Below are positions 27,807-40,011 of a DNA stretch of 64,000 bases, piece after piece; the stretch's first letter is position 1; each line of letters starts with the position of its first letter. Position numbers and translations under genes: made by a program. Under the pieces are notes generated by a model. That model saw only the letters and a program-made list of their open reading frames with translations, made no database searches and was not told the origin of the DNA. This stretch comes from Convolutriloba macropyga (lineage: Eukaryota). The stretch lies in contig NC_134473.1 of the NCBI RefSeq assembly GCF_964194025.1, forward strand, positions 63,054,001 through 63,118,000. Reading direction: 5' to 3'.

Positions 27807-27936
27807 TATAGTATACTCTCAGGAAAACACGTTAGCGTCGAAGCTTTACTCAGACAACAATCTGAAAGCATGCAAAGTATGAATCAAACTGAAGGCACAA
27901 ACTGAAAGGTTTATTTATAACTGAAATTACACAACA
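27807..27936 (-). repeat. 3' LTR (130 bp)
   Basis: Direct repeat of 31693-31822, about 11 differences in 127 aligned bp by manual count. Starts TGTTGTG on the minus strand, preceded by a purine-rich gaggagac. Confidence 0.9.
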
Positions 27937-30900
27937 GTCTCCTCAGAAGTCTTCCGCATAGTCTTTCAGGTGTCCAGAAGCTTTTCGCTGACGGTTTGGC
28001 GTCAGGGCTGCGCACCATAGTCAGTTTAACAGGAAAACCCGCGATTTGTGACATGGAAAGGTGACTCCCCTGAGTCTCTTCTTCGGCAGACCGGCTTGGA
28101 CGGGTGATTGGACTATCAGAAGACGATTCGATGACCTCATTGTGAACAGAGGATGGAATGGGCGAAAGCTGTGTGTCGACAGATTCCGGAATCATAGAAT
28201 TTGCTTGAATAGCTGGTTTCTCTGAAATATGGTTCTCGGTTTCGTCATGCTCAAAGTCAATAAAAGGGTTCACATGAACTGACGTCGGCGCCAGATCTGA
28301 GCTGGACACAGTGCTTCGAGGGCCATCTGCGTATTCAATACGCACCACTTTTTGGCTGACAACCTCAATAATTTTCACTTTCGTCACTAATGGCTCAGAC
28401 TTATTTCGCACAAAGTTACGTAATAGAACATTGGCTCTTGCTCGTATCCACGCTGGCATGTGATAGCTAAATCCTTCACTCCGCTAGAACTGGAACAATC
28501 TATAATGAGGGTTTTCATTCGTCGCCGTTCACAATAAAGTACGAATAGCAGTTAATGCTTCGCATAAAACACTTTTCAAGTGACCGGCGGGTAATTTGCG
28601 AGATTCTAAAAGACAACAAACGGCCTTCCAAGTCGTTCCGTTCCTTCTTTCACACTGACCGTTCCCTATTGGGTGATAGGGCAAATTTTGTGACTGAGCA
28701 ATCCCGTTTTCTTGGCAAAATTGTTGAAACTCATTTGAACGAAAGTGTTTTTCTCGATCAGTGTGGATAAAAAACGGATAACCAAAAACGCTGAAAACAT
28801 GACGAAGGCATGAAATAACAGTTGTCGAATTGATCGATCGAAGCGGTAATGCAAAGGGGAATCTGCTGTATTCGTCAGTAACGGTAAGTAAGAAGCAGTT
28901 ACCAGTGCCCGGAGACGGCAGTTTAGGTCCCATTATATTGCGAGCAAGGCGCTCGAATGGTTTTAGAGCTGATATCAATTTTCCATTCGTGAACTTAACG
29001 AAACGCGGTTTGGTTACACAACAAACTTCGCAGGTCTTATCGACAGTCTTGCTGACTTCAAGTGAAAACGGCAAACTTGGTCGGTGTACATAATTCCACA
29101 TTCGAGTAATTGCAGGGTGCGCTAAATTACAGTGTAAATCGAGTAGCTTTGGTATTCTTAGAAAAGAGCCAATAGCCGCAATCCGTGACAGCGCATCGGC
29201 CCCCACGTTATCTACGCCCAACTTATTTGAGATATCATATCAAAACTTGGCAAGTCCAAGTCTCCATGGCATGAGTTTCTCATTTTTTGACTTTGGATTT
29301 ATTATCAGCAAATATGAAAGCAACGCTGCGCAAATCAGTCTTAACCAGAACCCGATAAGGCTTCAGTAAATTGTCAGACTTCCGAAAAGACTTTACTATG
29401 GCTAGGGCTTCTTTCTCCACAGACGAATAGACCTTTTCGGTATTGATAACCTCTGAGAGAAAAATGCTATTGGTCGCCCAGCATGTGTGATAGCGCATCC
29501 GACAGCCGACACCGATGCATCAGTCTCCATTATAAGAGGTCCTTTGTCGGGCACTGGCAATGACAGTGACAATTTTATTATCTCCTGTTTCAGCTCCTTG
29601 GTTCTGTTAACAACCAACTGCGGTAGTGGAAACGCACACTGCTAAGACGCAGTCGGTAAGGGCTGTTTTTTATCCGAATATCGGTGAATCCATTTTGAAT
29701 AATACGCGAAAAAGCCAATCAAACGCTTTGAAGCTTTTTGTTCTTCCGGCATAGGAAAATTTTCAAGAGTTTGAAATCGATCGGGGTTATGCCGTTTGCT
29801 TCCCGCCGAGATAATATGCTCCAGCATGGCACAAAAACGCAATGCCAAGGGGCACTTTTATTAATTCAGTGTTAATCGGTCGGCTTTTACCGCATTCAGA
29901 AATTTCTCCAGATTCTTTTCATAATCATCCTTCGAACGACCTCCAACAATGACGTCATCCAGAAATGGGTGAGCACCAGTAATTTTATGCTTCTCAATCG
30001 AGTCATCCATTCGGCGATGAAAGCAGGGTATTGCGTTGGTCAAGCCAAAGGGCAATCATGTAAACTGGTACAACTTGCCTTTTACTTCGAAGGCTGTAAA
30101 ATTTCTGTCACCTTCCTTCAGCGGATTCTGATGGTATGCTGCTTTGAGGTCGATTTTTGATAAATAATGGTAATTTGTGTCTTTGTCCAATAAAACCTCC
30201 AATTCGGGAAATAATAAGCATCCACATCCGCGAATCTATTGACTGCTTCTGAATAGTTTATCACCATGCGATCTTTATGCCCGTGACGCGCAAATGCTCG
30301 TGCGCTCTAGGGGGATGTGGAAGGCTCGATTATTTCCTCTTTTAACATTCGTGCAACTTCAGTCTTCATGAGCTCCTGATCCGCGTGTTTGCACCATCTG
30401 TACTTGGTAGTGATAGGCCTCGCTGAATAGACAGAATCATCGAAAATAATTGCTGGCTAAAAATTCTTTTTGGAAAATGAACATACGGGTTCTGACAAAG
30501 TTGCCGCTAGGAAACTAAAATCAACTGTATCCTCCTTACCCTCAAAAGTGAAGGCAAAATGTGCTATGTTGGGATAAAACGTTCAAATCAATGACAGATC
30601 ACAAATGAGAGATTTTACCACAGCGAGTTTAACGGCGTAAAACTTGATTTAGATTGTCAATAGTGCATCACAAAAACCAACATTTTTGAGTGTATCTACG
30701 TTTGCCTAGCCAGAACTTCTCTGCGACTTTCTAACATCCAGACATTGTGAATAACAAGAACTCTCAGTAATAAATGATATTGTTGATCCGGAATCGATGA
30801 GTGCCTTAACCTCAACGCATTCTTCACCAAGACCGATTTGTTCAGAAATTCTTGAAAGTCCTTGGCTTTTCGTGGCACACATCTGGATTGCTGACGAAAA

Positions 30901-31692
30901 TGCTTCATTGTCTGGAATTTCTTCTGGTAGGATTGCCGCCGTCTGTGATCTGCAGACCACAGCCCAGTGGCCGGTCTTGTTGCGTTTCAGACAGGATGTA
31001 TTTTTAGCAAGACATTTGAGCGGCGGATGTGCCTTTTTCCCACAGAACGAGCACTTAGTCTAGGAAAACTCCTTGTTCTTTCACGTTGTCCTTTGTCTCG
31101 TTTGTCATAAATTGCAGCCATACTACTTGTGTTATCCGAGGTGCTAGAACCCGAAGCTACAAAAGAACGAGAGAAGTCGGTAGACATTTATATCGCGATA
31201 GCCAAGCTTTTGCAATTGTCAAGTGACACTTCCGGATTGGTTAGCACCAGCAACTTCGCCCAGATAGTATTGCTTCATAGACCTGATACCAAGCCGTAAC
31301 ATAATATTATGTCCTTGTGCTCTTGGATCGTAAGGTTGCTACATTTGTCTTTTTCAATCAGTAATCGAAATCTCTTGAAGAAATCTGATACAGATTCATC
31401 ATCTCGTTGCTTACACGACAGTACCTGATGACTTGCATACATAATCCGACCAGGTTTCTGGAATTGTCTATTGAGTATTGCCAAACCGTGTGTAAATGAT
31501 GTCGCTCCATCTGGTATAGAGAATGATTAAGGCACCGGGTAAGACCGTAGCAACGTCAATTGATGCGCGTCTTCTGTAACCTCGTTGATGACCAGTCCGT
31601 CAGTGAAGCATTTTTTCCACCATGACCATTGTTCAGATGTCGGATTGGGGGGCAGTTCCGGAGGCCGGAATTTCATAGTTGTCTGAGCAAAT

Positions 31693-31822
31693 TAAAGTAT
31701 ACTCTCAGGAAAACACGTTAGCGTCAAAGCTTCACTCAGAAAACAATCTGAAAACATACAAAGTATGAATTAAACTGAAGGCACAAACTGAAGGATTTAT
31801 AAATAACTGAAATCACACAACA
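31693..31822 (-). repeat. 5' LTR (130 bp)
   Basis: Direct repeat of 27807-27936; gag ATG lies 16 nt downstream. Confidence 0.9.
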
Positions 31823-32116
31823 TGAACCATTTTAAACCTTTTATTGAATCTCTTGGCATCGGTCGTCCTACCATGCGAGCTAAAAGCTCTATTGAAATCT
31901 AAATTAATCTTTTTTGCATGATTACTTATTGTTTCAAATTTGTTCCTTTTATATCGATAAGTAGCACGCTCAATTCATTAAATGTCTAATATTTTGCGCA
32001 CGGGCTGCTAATCTACAGTGATTTAAAAATTGCCTTAATGTCCTGATAAAAGAGACTGAAACTTTGTTCACTTTACTCGAGACAAAACTTGTGGCCTCCG
32101 CTTTTCTTTATTGGTG

Positions 32117-32451
32117 CTAGTACAATAGACTGAAAGACAACAGATCGAAAGCCAAGATTGGGACAATAGGTGGAAATAAAAAAGTTGCGTTTTGGCCAAT
32201 CAGATTTGTGCGCTCATTTTTTATACAGCAAGTTCTGTTGTGATATTTTGGTCAGATGTGATAGATTCATATTCAGTCCCTCGGGCAGCTAAGGCATGAC
32301 CATGGTTCTCAAGGCTGGTCCATGGTGTGGTAGTTATATTGCAGCTCGCAGATAATGCTCAATTTCAACCAAAAAGAATAGAGATTGATTTTCGATCTAT
32401 TGTCCCAACTTTTCTGTTTTCGATCTGTCGTCCTTACGGTCTCTTGTCCAG
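32117..32451. mobile_element. MITE-like element with ~50-bp imperfect TIRs
   Basis: gacaacagatcgaaa..ttgggacaatag / ctattgtcccaa..tttcgatctgtcgtc. Confidence 0.65.
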
Positions 32452-33190
32452 CCATTTTCTTTTTAATGTGTCCTTAAATTGATGGCTCCAATATAGTTAA
32501 TTGTTTATTATTGAACATAGCGTTTTTAACTGCGAAGTACAACGCAAATTGTCCAGAAGGTCTTGCTCTTTGCGTAAAGTTCATTCTGGAAAGTTCTATA
32601 GTTCTAGAGAATCCCTTGGAATTAACTCAGATTCTAAAGTACCCTCCGAATTCTTGTGAAAAATTCGAAATGGTAGAACTAGTTGAATTCAGAAATTAAA
32701 GGCAATTTTCAGCTCAAAGAAGGACTAATACAAGTCAATTTTTATAAAAGTGAAATGTAGGGAAGGCAGTTTCAGAAATTGCGTTAAACGTTATTTTGAA
32801 CCGTGATGGTACGAATTTAACCGGTTGAGCCCCCGATTTTATCTTTTTTTTGCGTTTGGCAAGATATTTCGGTCTCAGAGTCCTTGCTCGGTTTGTTTTT
32901 CCCAAACGCAGTTTTGGTCCCAACGATAGCGTTGAACATCATATTTATTCTCTGACATAATCTCGATTCTAACGTTTGAACCATAAATTTTTATGACAAT
33001 TGGTTAAAAAAACTGTCTCGTAAATAATGCGCCATAAACCAGCGTATTTAGTTGTCACTTTCAAATATTTATTTGTTTGCAGCCATTTAAAAGGTATTTT
33101 TCGAAAGCTTCCGCATTAAAAAATTCGTGAGCACGTTTGTAGGGTCACTACACTGCCTTCCCCTATGGAAGCATAATGCTCCACTCATTA

Positions 33191-34051
33191 TTAATTTAAA
33201 AACTGGACAGTGAACTTCCATCCATGAGTTTTGTATATATTACGTGCACCGTCGTCCATAAGCACGCATCTTATTTGATTTAATAACTGGAATCTCTATG
33301 TTCGGTCTCCTTTATCAGGGTGTAACTTTAGAGACAGAAGCTTGAATCGCCGATAGATTTCCTCAATCGTTGCATTGGGCAAAATCCAAAGTAGACTGTA
33401 TATTTACAATTCTCCTGTACCGGGTAACTTTTTTCAATCTCTTGTAGTCGTCGTGTAGTGAGCTCTTTGGCATTTATCTCCGACTCTAATTTTAACTCTA
33501 TTTTTCTTACACTTGAGGCCGTTTTTAAGCTTTTTTCCGAGCTACTTCCAGCTCCGCCTCCTATTCAGCGAATTTTTTACGAGCTGATTTTAGCTCCCCA
33601 GAAAAAACGTCTGGTTCAGTTCTTGCTGACTCGCAGTCGAGCCGCATTTGCTGGAGCTGGCATTCCAACTCAACTAAACTGTTTTTAGCTTCAATTCTAG
33701 CACGAAAATGCTCCCTTTGCTGTTCGGCAACGATTAATTGTTGCTTTAACTCATTAACTGGCCTTTGTAGCATACTGTTTTCTTGTTGTACACTTTTAAG
33801 TTGCTCCTGTAAATGCAAGTAAGCAACTCCCATTTTTCGCTGTTTTCCAACCGGACTTTCATACGACTCCAATCCTTCGTAGTAAAAGGCGGTCTCTGGG
33901 CTAATGTTGTTGCCTATAATTCATCCAGAGCCATGACCGTTCTAAAACGGCTTATGTCCCCGCAGATTCTATAGACTCCCCGTCGGACAACTGCCTTTAC
34001 TTCGTACAGTTGCGGAAGATAATATACATAATCTTCCACTTCTGGTTCCAT
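33191..34051 (-). pseudogene. Decayed intronless coiled-coil plus C-terminal J-domain gene
   Basis: MEPEVEDY... start, coiled coil 33561-33872, then IYSLLWILPNATIEEIYRRFKLLSLKLHPDKGDRT*RFQLLNQIRCVLMDDGARNIYKTHG with intact HPD. Internal stops and frameshifts. Confidence 0.7.
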
Positions 34052-35503
34052 TTCGTTCGTTTTCTAAACAAAACCAATCTTAGACATGTTTAAAAGAATG
34101 AAGATCATTCCAGACATTCAATTGACGTTGAAAAGTTTTCCAGCGGAAAAAGAATTGTTTTTTTGGTTTACATCCCCCGGCTCAAAGACCGTTTTCTCGG
34201 TGCCCAAAAACTCGCTTACTTTTGTTTCAACAACCTTTTTTGAGAACTGTTTTTGCTCTAACTGTTGGTTTTTCAGAACGGTTATATAATTAAGTTCGAT
34301 TAACGTGTTAATCGGCTGTAGTGCCACTCTTGGTTGAACACCTTCCAACAATAACGTAGTTGATAAAATGATTCTTAAACACCTTACTAGAATTTTTGCC
34401 GTCAAAAATATTTTCGCATGTCATTAGCGTTAAGGTCAATTCGCTTACTAAATGCCAAGCTTTCAAAATGTTTTTTCTGTGGGTTTAATCCAAGGAACTT
34501 CATGCCAATTCAATTCACTGATGTTTGTGTTGAAGTCTAATAGTTGTTCATGTGTATACTTTCCATTTGGCCCCAGGAAAACTTCTCTTCCTGTTCATAG
34601 AAAGTGCACCAAAATTGATTTTGTTTCCAGTATTACATCTTGTTTTGTAATTTTAATTTGCCCATAAACCCCATTCGATAATATTTTATTGCTCTCAATC
34701 GACGTTTGTAGCAATTATATTAGACATATAGTTCTTTCAAAGGATTTTTCGCTGAACACAATCTTTGTCCGACCAAATTCAATTTCCGTCTTCAAAAAAC
34801 GGTACAGCCCGGAGGCCATTAAGGGCTCTTAGAGAACCAGAGAACGGTTTCATCTGTCACCAAAAACTCGAGGAGGAATATTTGAACAAGGATGCAGAGA
34901 AGTAACTGTCAATTAAAAGTTAAATTGATTAACTAAAACGAATGTTTTCGAACATTGCGTTAATCGTCAGGTTTAGAAATTAATGGACATCATTTATAAA
35001 ATATAAAAACTTTTCTTTGACTATAATTCTAAGAAATGAGTTGAAATAACATCGAATTTTTGAAATTATTTAGAGTTAAAATCACATTTACAACATGGAG
35101 TTAATTTGAACTTGGAGTTAATTTTCTGAGCCTATAGGACACTATGTAAAAATAAGACTTTCACTTGAATCAAGCCGCTATAAATAATCCACTGTTTCGC
35201 TATCACAGATCGAAAAGTTTTGTTTCTTCGAACTCCTGTATATTTTAAGAAATTTATTCTTTCACTAATCTGCAAAATTGTTAATCGTAACTTCAATATC
35301 AAATGACTTTCAACAATTTCGTCCTCCGTGCCCAGAACTCGGGCTTAAAGCGACCTCATCTCAAGGCACTAAGTCCATCGCGTGACTAAGATTTTGTTCT
35401 AACATATACTTAGAGCCTTACAAGCAGGAATTTGAAGAATTAATTGCAATTCATTGGCGAGAAAGAGGAGCACTCAATTAATTTAATTTGCAAAACATAA
35501 AGC

Positions 35504-35551
35504 ATAATTGGTAAAACATAATTGGTAAAACATAACTGGTAAAACATAAGC
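35504..35551. repeat. Three copies of a 14-bp tandem repeat at the Penelope 5' truncation junction
   Basis: cataattggtaaaa twice, then cataactggtaaaa. Confidence 0.8.
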
Positions 35552-35581
35552 AACCTAGCTCCAGATATCCCAAGTTCCGCC

Positions 35582-36895
35582 ATGAAGAGTTTACTAAAGC
35601 TTGCGGTGACGAATGTTCATTTCAAATGTGATGGGATCTGGTATGTGCAATCTGATGGTCTGGCTATGGGTGCATCACTGGCTGTAATACTAGCAAACGT
35701 GTGGATGAAATCGTTTGAGGCATTTCTGCAAAAACCGGAGCTCAGTGAAAACTTTTCCACATCCGACCAAAACGGGAAGTGCAAAGACTGTAACCGGAGA
35801 GTGACTTACCGAGGAAACGGAGTAGAATGTGAGTCATGCAAAAACTGGTTTCATGCAAGATGCCACAAAATATCGAATGAGGAATACGCCAACATGCAGG
35901 ATGTTGTTTGGATTTGTACTTATTGCAGCAATCAACAGACAGTGGGGCATGATAAGGAGATGAAATTGTTTAAAATGTATGTGGATGATATTATCTGCAC
36001 GGTTCGTGGTGACCCGGATGAGTATTCAAAATTTGCAAACTCATTACACAACAACCTGCAATTTACCTTAGAAAAGGTGAATATGGATGGGGATTTGGCT
36101 TTTCTTGACATTAACGTAAATGAGAGCAGCAAAAATAATATCAACTGTCATTGGCATCAAAAACCAACTGACACTGGAATAATACTGAATTTTTGCAGCT
36201 GTGCAATGCTTCAGCATAAGAAAAAGATGATTCAAGGGGCGGTTCACATGGTTTTTAATGCAACCTCTAATTGGTTGGCCTTCGATCAGGCTCTTGAACA
36301 GAACAAAACTTGCTAGACCAAAAATCAATATCCAGAAGAATGGTCTTCAAAAATAGTGAATCAGACTCTAGAAAAGATAATAAGTGGCGGTAAAGACCAA
36401 TTAAGAACAACACCAAAAGAGCATCAAAAAAGCAAGACTAAATCTATTGATAAGCCAACTATTTTTCTACAATACAGAGGCAACCTTTCTCAAAACTTTG
36501 CGAGCAAACTGAAGAAACTATGCGAATTGCAAGTAGTTTTTACAACGCGGAAATTAAGATCGTGCCTCCCCACACTGAAATCATCATTCAATAGAGACCT
36601 GAAATCCCACGTGGTATATGAGATTAAATGTAATGGATGCGGATCCATCTATGTTGGGCAAACAAGCCGGCATGTTACCACAAGGATAACAGAACATCAA
36701 AAGAAGGATTCACAAGTGGGTCAACATCTGGTTGCATGTCGTGGAGCCACGAATGACATTGAATGGAAAATTCTGGACGCCTGTCGCACAGTAGAAAAGT
36801 TAATGATTATCGAAGCTATATATATCAGCAAGCTGAAGCCGGCACTAAACACACGCGATGAATATAGGGGGAGAGAACTCACGCTAAAATATTAG
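35582..36895 (+). pseudogene. Penelope RT-PHD-GIY-YIG ORF remnant, one in-frame stop (TAG 36314-36316, probably from TGG)
   Basis: ORFs 35582-36316 and 36356-36895 are in the same frame and separated by a single stop. Confidence 0.9.
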
Positions 36896-37239
36896 TTCAA
36901 ATCAAATTTTGACTAGATGGGAATAAATAGGGCAAAAAACATTTTGTGCATGACAAAACGAAATTTGCAAAACCTCCACAAGAGGGATACTCATGGTTAG
37001 GGAAAATTCGCAATAACCCTAAAAATACAAGAACATGGCCAAAATCAAAAAATCCGGAATAGGAATAATTTTAAATAAAATGATAACAGATGTAAATTTG
37101 AGTTGTAAATAGGCTGAATATTGTAATAGGGAAAAATTTTCGATTGATTTTGTAGAGTAGTTCCTAGAATTGTTTTAATTGTTGTCTCAGACAAATGTAA
37201 ATACATATTCATTTTATATTTTAACAGTTTGTAAAACAG

Positions 37240-37286
37240 TTTTAACCTGACGATGAACGTGAAGTTCAAAAACGTTTTTTTTAAAT
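37240..37286 (+). ncRNA. Candidate degenerate minimal type-I hammerhead ribozyme in the Penelope 3' region
   Basis: CTGACGA-tgaac-gtgaa-gttca-AAAA-cg-TT: intact CUGANGA box and 5-bp stem II, but AAAA instead of GAAA and a weak stem I. Confidence 0.4.
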
Positions 37287-37942
37287 ATTGGAAGTGATTT
37301 TAATTTGACAAAATGGTTTCCTTTATATAAAAATCAATAATTGCAATTATTGATCAATTAAATTTGAAGTTCTATCACTTAATTTTTTGCAGAATTGAAT
37401 ACAATTTTGCCTGTATGTACCCAAAAATGTACGCAAATGGTGATATTATCTGAATTATTAAATTTCTGCTCAAACACGAGAAATTGTTTAACACTCAAAT
37501 CTGTCAAATTACATAGATCACTGACAGAAGTTCGTGATCTGGGAACTTTTTCTCTAATTGCGGGTTTCAACCTGACAAAATATTGCCTCAGTTTCCGCCA
37601 TTTATTGGGCAATTATTGGTTGTTCCAATCAATCTTTGCAATTAAAATAGAGCAACCAATCAATTATTGCCCTCGAATGAACTTCAAATTGCCAAAGACT
37701 AGGACAGAAAAATGCGTAAAAAATTAGTCTTCCGCACATCTCGACTGGCCAACAAAGTAAATCACTTGATTGATATCAGCTCATGGACTGGACTCAAGAA
37801 ACGAATCATGCAGCCTCTGCATGATCCGTTTTTTGAGTGGAGAACAAATTCAACGAAAACAACATCTGCACCTGGCAGCTCGCATGCGACTGCACAAACT
37901 GGACAGAGGACAATTTTCTAAACTGCATTTATGGGATAAATT

Positions 37943-37961
37943 AGAGAGAGAGAGAAAGACT

Positions 37962-38004
<43 letters not shown>
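37943..38004. repeat. (GA)n microsatellite, probably the (TC)n 3' tail of the adjacent LINE
   Basis: Pure AG run 37963-38004, starting 40 nt past the LINE stop codon on the minus strand. Confidence 0.9.
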
Positions 38005-38008
<4 letters not shown>

Positions 38009-38557
38009 GGCTTCTGTGGGTCTTTCCACATGGGTTTGCACCCTTCATATAACGACTGAGCTGAGCTTCTGCACCGGGTTACAATGTCCACAGCTGCAGT
38101 TGAAAGCCCAGGAACATAAGTTGACTTCCGAATAACTTTTGAAGAAGAAGTTCCAGTATACTTTTGTTAAATATATCTTATCAATTTGATCGAGATCGAC
38201 GTTCCCTACTTTTCGTATTATATTTAGTAAATAACTGGTTCTTTTCCAGAAGTTTTCATCAGCCTTCCTTGTTCTTGTTTTATTAATTGTTATTAGCTCG
38301 TTTTGACGTGTGCTTAACAACCCTTCATTATTGTTTGTTTTAATGGGTATTTTTATATTGTAAGATCCTTTAAGCAGTGATATGAGCATTAATAGATCAT
38401 GCAATTCAAAGTAATATGACAATGGCAGCAACTTCAGTGTGGTCAGTCTTTGCTTGTAACTAATTTCCCAGTTACTGATTATCCACGACGTTGCTTTTCT
38501 TTGAATGCGCTCGATGTCTTTGCTTTCGGTCTTATTCGCGAACCTATTAAGGGCCAT
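38005..38557 (-). mobile_element. 5'-truncated CR1/L2-group LINE 3' end
   Basis: IERIQRKATSWI...YKQRLTTLKLLPLSYYFELHDL...CSWAFNCSCGHC; frame intact. Confidence 0.85.
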
Positions 38558-38598
38558 AAATAAAAATCAATGAAATTCATTTCTACTATTTAATATTT

Positions 38599-39180
38599 AC
38601 AGAGCTCGTACAAGTGGGGCAATTGCAACAAACAAACCATGAGCATCAAAAACAGGGATTGAAAAATGGAATAATGGATTCAAAATGTTCAACAATCTTG
38701 TTTATCTTGAAGTAGTCATCATCGATTATCCCATGACGATAGAAAAAGTTAATCATGTTAATGGACCGTTCGTAGAAAGATCCAGGGGCTACTTTAAGTT
38801 TGAACTTGTTTCTCCGTCTTACAGAGCTCGTACAAGTGGGGCAATTGCAACAAACAAACCATGAGCATCAAAAACAGGAATTGAAAAATGGAATAATGGA
38901 TTCAAAATGTTCAACAATCTTGTTTATCTTGAAGTAGTCATCATCGATTATCCCATGACGATAGAAAAAGTTAATCATGTTAATGGACCGTTCGTAGAAA
39001 GATCCAGGGGCTACTTTAAGTTTGAACTTGTTTCTCCGTCTTCTCGTCACACCAAGAGATAAAACTTCAACATTATCATAAAAGTCGCTCAATAGCTTCC
39101 TTTGAGCCAAGAGAAGGAACCTCCATAATAGCCCTTCAGTTTTGCTATTAATTTTTACAAATCCCTGCTTACCATTCCTT
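38599..39180 (-). mobile_element. LINE 3' fragment whose terminal 222 bp are tandemly duplicated (38599-38820 / 38821-39042)
   Basis: ..SFYERSINMIN..CSWFVCCNCPTC terminal motif. The two units differ at one base that I could see. Confidence 0.75.
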
Positions 39181-40011
39181 AAGAATGCAATTCATGGAGG
39201 AGACAATTTCATGGCGTTGAGGCGCTCTAAATTTTAAAAGTTTGACCCCCTCAGTCTCCTCATCCCCCACTCCCCTCCACCCCCAATGCCAGCCGGTCAT
39301 TTAAGAGCAATTCGATCGACGTTAGTCGGTTATATTTTATACTTATTAACGCCACCATTGAACAGCTGGTCCATGAGGACAACCTAAGGACCAGAAAAAC
39401 TAAAGTCCCATCCGAGCAATTTTTAATTGATCACCACCTCCTTGTAGTTGTTTGAGAGCAATTTGTCCTACATCAGTCGGTTGTTCAATAATTTCTATTT
39501 TTTTGTTTATATGCTCTACATTTATTGTAACATTTATTCCCGAAATATTTATTAATTTATTCGGACCATAATAAACTTCGGTCTCGTTCGAAGCTGTTTC
39601 TCTGCCTGCGAGAATGAAGGTCGCTGTAAAGAAGCAAACCTAATGAAAACTCATCCTCCGCCATTGTTGAGGGACGGCTCCGAAAAAATTTTCCTACTTA
39701 CGCTTAATCTTAGAAATAAGACACCCATGCTCAGTTAGAGCATTTTTCAATAGAGGCATAATTCGCAACATGAACTAAAAACAAGCGTATCTACTCTGAT
39801 GCCGTCTATTTATATACTGCTTTCATCAGTTCTGTTCGATCAATTTTTTATGGATAAGTACAATTTACTGTTTTCTCATATCTCAGCACAGAGATTTGTG
39901 GGCTCTGCTTCACTCTGACGATGCCATGTATATGTTTTGCTGATTTCTTTCTCTATTTAAAGGAAGTGGGAGTTTGCAATCTGATCTTTGTGAATTGAAA
40001 TTTTCAGTCAA

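Larger units (their letters stand above)
27807..31822 (-). mobile_element. Full-length decayed Ty3/Gypsy LTR retrotransposon
   Basis: Gag (MKFRPPELPPNPTSEQWSWWKKCF from 31676; zinc knuckle), protease ALIDSGS, RT MPFGLTNA..FLDD, RNase H ETDAS..YSSVEKEALA, integrase TDEYSRFPF..PYHPIGNGQCER, in Gypsy order. Two LTRs; TSD cgaac/tgaac. Confidence 0.95.
35550..37300 (+). mobile_element. 5'-truncated Penelope-like element (RT with PHD insertion plus GIY-YIG endonuclease); 3' end uncertain, may extend to about 37940
   Basis: RT motifs QSDGLAMGASLAVILAN, YVDD, LQFTLE..LAFLDI, WHQKPTDTG; GIY-YIG HVVYEIKCNGCGSIYVGQTSRHVTTRITEH..IEAIYI..KPALN. Confidence 0.95.

Noticed and set aside
35780-35926. PHD segment as an intron or a secondary TE insertion
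   Set aside because: It is in frame and stop-free, has no evident TSD, and is present at the same position in the diverged second copy.
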